Both the position numbers and the translations under genes were made by a program. The notes below the pieces were generated by a model. It saw nothing but the letters and a program-made list of their open reading frames with translations. It searched no databases and was not told where the DNA came from. A DNA stretch of 63,978 nucleotides, counting the filler, from Chloroflexota bacterium (GTDB lineage Bacteria > Chloroflexota > Chloroflexia > QHBQ01): assembly GCA_043754535.1 (NCBI GenBank). It is 3 parts of 3 records of this genome, joined end to end, with 100 filler letters (N's around TTAATTAATTAA, not from the genome) between each part and the next. Parts side by side here need not be neighbours in the genome. Positions count along the whole stretch, not along the records: positions 55,920 to 63,978 come from JAYUUN010000119.1; 2 more parts are not named here. One strand, 5' to 3'. Every line of letters begins with the position of its first letter. Position 1 is the first letter of the stretch. Positions 59,825 to 63,978 of the stretch are shown here, in pieces.

Positions 59825-60685
59825 ATGACCCTGAGCATTCCGCACCTGGTGGGCAAGTACGTGCAGATTGGCCGCACCCAGACCTGGTACACGGAGCAGC
59901 AGACAGCGGGGACTGGCCCACTGGCCGTCAATACTATCGTGGGCCTCAACGGGCTGGCAGGTGGGGGGGACAGCTTCTGGACGCTGCTGGACGAGCTACG
60001 GCCAGGCTGGAGGGCGATTATGCCCGACCTGCCTGGGTGTGGCAAGAGCGGGCTGCTGCCTACTCGTCATGACCTACAGGGCTATGTGGCATGGCTTGAC
60101 CAGTTCCTTGCTCGCTTCAGCCCCAACCGCCCAGTCGTCTTGCAGACGGTAGCGACTGGGGCGGCGATTGCGCTGGAATATGCGTTGCTCTACCCGCAGC
60201 GGGTGGCGGGCCTGATCCTGCACCTGCCAATGTTCGATGGCAGTGCCTTCGCCCCGCTAGCTCGTTGGCTGGTGGCTGGGCTGGTGCAGCGTGACGTGGT
60301 GCAGCGGCTGGCCGACCACTACCGCCACGACCAGCAGTTCATGCTCAAGCTGATTGCCCACGAGCCGCCCCAGGCCATTTACGAGACTGCTATGCGCGAC
60401 ATCCAGCATAAGCAGGAGGCTAGCTTGCGGGCGGTCGGTGAGTTCCTCAGCGTGGTGATGCTCAACAAGGCGCGGCCAAAGCTGCTGCGTGTCCGTAGCC
60501 CCATGCTGATGCTGGCGACCGCACATGACTTTGCAGCCCCGGTTGGCTGGCTACAAGAGGTGGCGGCTATGTACCCCCACGAACGCACGCTAGAGGTGGA
60601 GGAGGGCGGCCACGCCTGGAACGAGGAGTATGTGGGCAAGATGGTGGGGCTGGTGCGGACGTTCTTGGGCGAGTTGAACGGCTAG
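59825..60685 (+). CDS. Alpha/beta hydrolase fold protein
   Basis: LNGLAG, PDLPGCGKS, YPQRVAGLIL, HD, GGHAW; SD GAGGAGG. Confidence 0.85.
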   Translation: MTLSIPHLVGKYVQIGRTQTWYTEQQTAGTGPLAVNTIVGLNGLAGGGDSFWTLLDELRPGWRAIMPDLPGCGKSGLLPTRHDLQGYVAWLDQFLARFSPNRPVVLQTVATGAAIALEYALLYPQRVAGLILHLPMFDGSAFAPLARWLVAGLVQRDVVQRLADHYRHDQQFMLKLIAHEPPQAIYETAMRDIQHKQEASLRAVGEFLSVVMLNKARPKLLRVRSPMLMLATAHDFAAPVGWLQEVAAMYPHERTLEVEEGGHAWNEEYVGKMVGLVRTFLGELNG

Positions 60686-60706
60686 CCTGGCTTGTGGGGG
60701 CGCAAG

Positions 60707-60736
60707 AGAGCGGCACTGCCTCCGCAGTGCCGCTCT
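60707..60736. terminator. Hairpin between convergent genes
   Basis: 13-bp perfect stem AGAGCGGCACTGC/GCAGTGCCGCTCT. Confidence 0.7.
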
Positions 60737-60761
60737 TTGCTAGCTATTGCTGGCTGGCTGG

Positions 60762-62630
60762 TTACTCCTTGTACTTCGCCAACCGCTGCCGCTCGCTGTG
60801 GTCTAGAACGCGCTTGCGGATGCGGAACGACTTGGGGGTGACTTCCAACAGTTCGTCGTCGGCCAGGTACTCAATTGCATCGTCGAGCGAGAGGGTGCGT
60901 ACCGAGTTGAGAACCAACCCTTCATCACCTTGCGAAGCCCGCATATTGCTGAGGTGCTTCTTCTTGCAGACGTTGACTTCCAAATCTTTGTCGCGGATGT
61001 GCTGACCAACCACCATGCCCTCGTAGACCTCGGTCTGGGGGATGATGAAAAGCTGGCCGCGCTCTTGGGCAGAGTTGAGGCCGAAGCTGTTGGCGATGCC
61101 ACTCTCCCAGGCGATTAGCGAGCCGAACTGGCGGGTGGCTATCGGTCCTGCCATGGGGCCATAGCCTGCGAACAGGCTGTTGACGATACCTTGCCCCCGG
61201 CTTGCGCTCATGAAGGCCTGGCGGAAGCCGAGCAGACCGCGGGTTGGCACCTTGTAGACATACTGCACGCTGCCGTCGTCGCGCAGCCGCATATCTAGCA
61301 TCTGGCCGCGCCGCTGGCCCATCATCTCGACGACTACGCCCATCACCTCGGCAGCTACCTCGATTTCTACTTGCTCGTAGGGTTCGACCTTGTGGCCGTC
61401 CTCCTCGTGGTAGATTACCTCTGGCTTGCTCACCTGGAACTCGTAGCCCTCACGCCGCATATTCTCGATCAGGATGGTCAGGTGCAGTTCGCCGCGGCCA
61501 CTGACCAGGAAGGTGTCTGCACTATCGGTCTCGCTGACGCGCAGGGCCACATCGTGGTCTAGCTCGCCGAACAGTCGCTCGCGTATCTTGCGGCTGGTGA
61601 CGAAGGTGCCTTCGCGGCCTGAGAGCGGGCCGGTGTTGATGCCGAAGGTCATGCGGAGGGTTGGCTCCTCTACCTTAATCGTCGGTAGAGCCTCTGGGTT
61701 CTGTGCGTCGGTGATGGTGTCGCCAATTGTCACGTCGCTGATGCCGGTTACAGCCACGATTTCGCCTGCGGCTGCCGACTCGACCTCTTGCTTCTGCAAG
61801 CCCTGGTAGGTGTAGAGTTGGTTGACACGCCCTGTGACTTGCTCACCAGCGGCGTTGATGCGCACGATTGACTGACCCTTCTTCAGGCTGCCGCGGTGGA
61901 TGCGACCGACCAGGGTGCGCCCCTTGTACTCATCATAGCTCATATTGGTGACGAGCATCTGGGTGGTCCCGTCTACCTCGACTAGCGGGGCGGGCAGGTA
62001 CTCTATGATAGCGTCAAAGAGCTTCTCAAGGGTCGGCTCCATGTGGTTGTGGTCGGTGCCAGCCTGCCCGGTGACGGCGTTGGTGTAGATGACGGGGAAC
62101 TCGGATTGGTGTTCGTTGGCACCAAGGTCAACAAAGAGGTCGAAGGTCTCGTTGACGACGTGGTTGGGGCGGGCGTTGGCGCGGTCAATCTTGTTGACAA
62201 CGACGATGGCCTGGTGGCCGCGCTGCAAGGCCTGGCGTAGCACGAACTTGGTTTGGGGCATTGGCCCCTCTACCGCATCGACCAGCAGCAGCACGCCGTC
62301 AACCATGTTCATCACTCGCTCGACCTCGCCGCCAAAGTCGGCGTGGCCGGGGGTGTCTACGATGTTAATCTTGGTTCCCTTGTAGACTACCGCTGTGTTT
62401 TTGGAGAGGATGGTGATGCCCCGCTCGCGCTCCAGGGCGTTAGAGTCCATCACCCGCTCGGCAACCTGCTGGTTGTCGCGGAAGATATGGCTCTGCTTGA
62501 GCAGCGCGTCTACCAGGGTGGTCTTACCATGGTCTACGTGGGCGATGATGGCGATGTTGCGGATGTCATTGCGGCGAACCATCTCGCCGCTATTGCTGCT
62601 TTCTTCTCTGCTCAGGGTAGCCTGGGTCAT
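60762..62630 (-). CDS. typA: Translational GTPase TypA/BipA
   Basis: [48 protein letters not shown]. Confidence 0.97.
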   Translation of the reverse strand: MTQATLSREESSNSGEMVRRNDIRNIAIIAHVDHGKTTLVDALLKQSHIFRDNQQVAERVMDSNALERERGITILSKNTAVVYKGTKINIVDTPGHADFGGEVERVMNMVDGVLLLVDAVEGPMPQTKFVLRQALQRGHQAIVVVNKIDRANARPNHVVNETFDLFVDLGANEHQSEFPVIYTNAVTGQAGTDHNHMEPTLEKLFDAIIEYLPAPLVEVDGTTQMLVTNMSYDEYKGRTLVGRIHRGSLKKGQSIVRINAAGEQVTGRVNQLYTYQGLQKQEVESAAAGEIVAVTGISDVTIGDTITDAQNPEALPTIKVEEPTLRMTFGINTGPLSGREGTFVTSRKIRERLFGELDHDVALRVSETDSADTFLVSGRGELHLTILIENMRREGYEFQVSKPEVIYHEEDGHKVEPYEQVEIEVAAEVMGVVVEMMGQRRGQMLDMRLRDDGSVQYVYKVPTRGLLGFRQAFMSASRGQGIVNSLFAGYGPMAGPIATRQFGSLIAWESGIANSFGLNSAQERGQLFIIPQTEVYEGMVVGQHIRDKDLEVNVCKKKHLSNMRASQGDEGLVLNSVRTLSLDDAIEYLADDELLEVTPKSFRIRKRVLDHSERQRLAKYKE

Positions 62631-62806
62631 CTAACACCTTCATTTCATAAAACAGCCTCGACCGCAAGCAAGTTGGGTCAAGGCGATATGCAATCACGGT
62701 TGGCTTGGTGATTTCTCTAATTCGCTAGTCGTATTGTACCAATTTTCACGAGGTTTGTCCAATCAGCGTACAATTGTGGCGGCTTGGCTAGCTGGCTGGT
62801 GGCCGC

Positions 62807-63787
62807 CTACAGGTTGCTGTCGTAGAGGACGAAGTCGGCGATGCCCATCTGCAAGCGAGCGGCGGTGAGAGCGTTGCGGATGAGGGCCATGTTGGTGAGC
62901 GGGCCGGTGCCGCCAGGAACGGGGCTGAGGTAGCCCGCCACCTGGCTGACCGAGGCGAAGTCTACGTCACCGAGCAGGGTGCCGTCGGCCTGCACGTTGG
63001 TGCCAAAGTCTACTACTGCTGCTCCTGGCTTGACCATGCCGCCTTCAATCAGCCCCCTGCGGCCCGCTGCGGCAATCAGGATGTCGGCCCGGCGGGTGTA
63101 GCTGGCGATATCGCGGGTGTGCGAGTGGCAGGTGGTGACGGTGGCGTTGGCGGCGAGCAGCAGCAGGGACATGGGGCGGCCCACGACATTGCTGCGGCCC
63201 ACCACGACCGCGTGCTGACCTTCTAGCGATATGTGGTGGCGGCGCAGCATCTCCAGGCCACCGCTGGGCGTGGCAGGCGTGAGGCAGGGTAGCCCCCAGG
63301 CGAGGCGGCCCGCATTGAGCGGATGTAGGCCGTCGATGTCCTTGTCGGGGCGCAAGAGGGCGACGGCGCGGGCAGTATTGAGGTGGGCGGGCAAGGGGGT
63401 TTGCAGGATGGTGCCTATCACGTCGGGGGCAGCGTTGAGGGCCTGTATCTCGGCTTCAAGCTGGGCCTGTCCAGCGTTGGCGGGGAGTGGGCGCAGGAGG
63501 CAGCGTAGGCCCACGTTCGCGCAACTCCTGGTCAGAATGCGGATGTAGCTGGCCGAGGTCTGGTCTTCACCGACCACGACTACGCCGATGGCTAGCAGCG
63601 GCGCGGCTGGGCTGGCGGCTGCGCCTGACTGGGAGGGGGTCGCTTGCTGGGGCAGATAGTAGCTGAACCGCTTGCGCCACTCGGCTTCGACGCGCACAAG
63701 GTCGGCGGCCAGTTCGCCGCTCATCACCTTCGCTACGGCGCGGCCATCCATAATCGTCGCGGTGCTACCTGCCAGTGTGCTGCTCAA
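62807..63787 (-). CDS. folD: Methylenetetrahydrofolate dehydrogenase/cyclohydrolase
   Basis: KDIDGL, VVVGRSNVVGRP, SPVPGGTGP. Confidence 0.9.
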   Translation of the reverse strand: MSSTLAGSTATIMDGRAVAKVMSGELAADLVRVEAEWRKRFSYYLPQQATPSQSGAAASPAAPLLAIGVVVVGEDQTSASYIRILTRSCANVGLRCLLRPLPANAGQAQLEAEIQALNAAPDVIGTILQTPLPAHLNTARAVALLRPDKDIDGLHPLNAGRLAWGLPCLTPATPSGGLEMLRRHHISLEGQHAVVVGRSNVVGRPMSLLLLAANATVTTCHSHTRDIASYTRRADILIAAAGRRGLIEGGMVKPGAAVVDFGTNVQADGTLLGDVDFASVSQVAGYLSPVPGGTGPLTNMALIRNALTAARLQMGIADFVLYDSNL

Positions 63788-63884
63788 GGCTGGGTGCTTC
63801 CTCCTTGCTAATCGCTGAGACCATGCTGATTATAACAAAACGAACGCCCAGCCGATAGCTGGACGCGGGTGGCGGTGGCAAGTT

Positions 63885-63978
63885 AGGGCGGGCTGGTGGT
63901 TGCAATTGGCGGCGCGGGCAAGATGGTTAACGAAGCCAGTAAGTTTCAATCCCCTCAAAGGCGGGGTGGTTGTTGCAA
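63885..63978 (-). CRISPR. Probable trailer end of a CRISPR array: degenerate repeat, 37-nt spacer, one repeat at window end
   Basis: 63943-63978 reverse complement TTGCAACAACCACCCCGCCTTTGAGGGGATTGAAAC (ATTGAAAC end, CCCC/GGGG hairpin); 63885-63905 matches 18 of its 21 terminal nt. Confidence 0.7.

Noticed and set aside
63885..63905. tracrRNA anti-repeat
   Set aside because: The partial copy is in direct orientation at one-spacer distance, fitting a degenerate terminal repeat

Overview
GC-rich bacterial DNA, probably from a Chloroflexota MAG (inferred from protein styles and near-consensus sigma-70 promoters). It comprises three contigs joined by artificial 100-nt linkers (N44-TTAATTAATTAA-N44 at 28258-28357 and 55820-55919), so gene order across linkers is meaningless. 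Most content is housekeeping or envelope related: class III aminotransferase, three MCPs, Gld-type ABC operon, NfeD/stomatin, L,D-transpeptidase, PASTA kinase, mutM, purK, plsX, class A PBP, add, M1P-guanylyltransferase/PMM, typA, folD and four tRNAs. The best leads are: (1) one ~1,197-codon ORF fusing SDR + TldD + TldE, whose two junctions each carry a rare TTA codon overlapping a +1-frame stop, plus an internal SD and start codon; (2) a STAND-like ATPase-TPR gene paired with a HEPN-motif/double-zinc-ribbon gene next to tRNA-Lys, with a divergent NYN RNase; (3) two divergent tandem tRNA-Cys(GCA) genes; (4) a cluster of TPM-like membrane proteins with a repeated GGSSFDAP tail motif; (5) the probable trailer end of a CRISPR array at the window end. 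All family calls come from motif recognition by eye; no searches were run.
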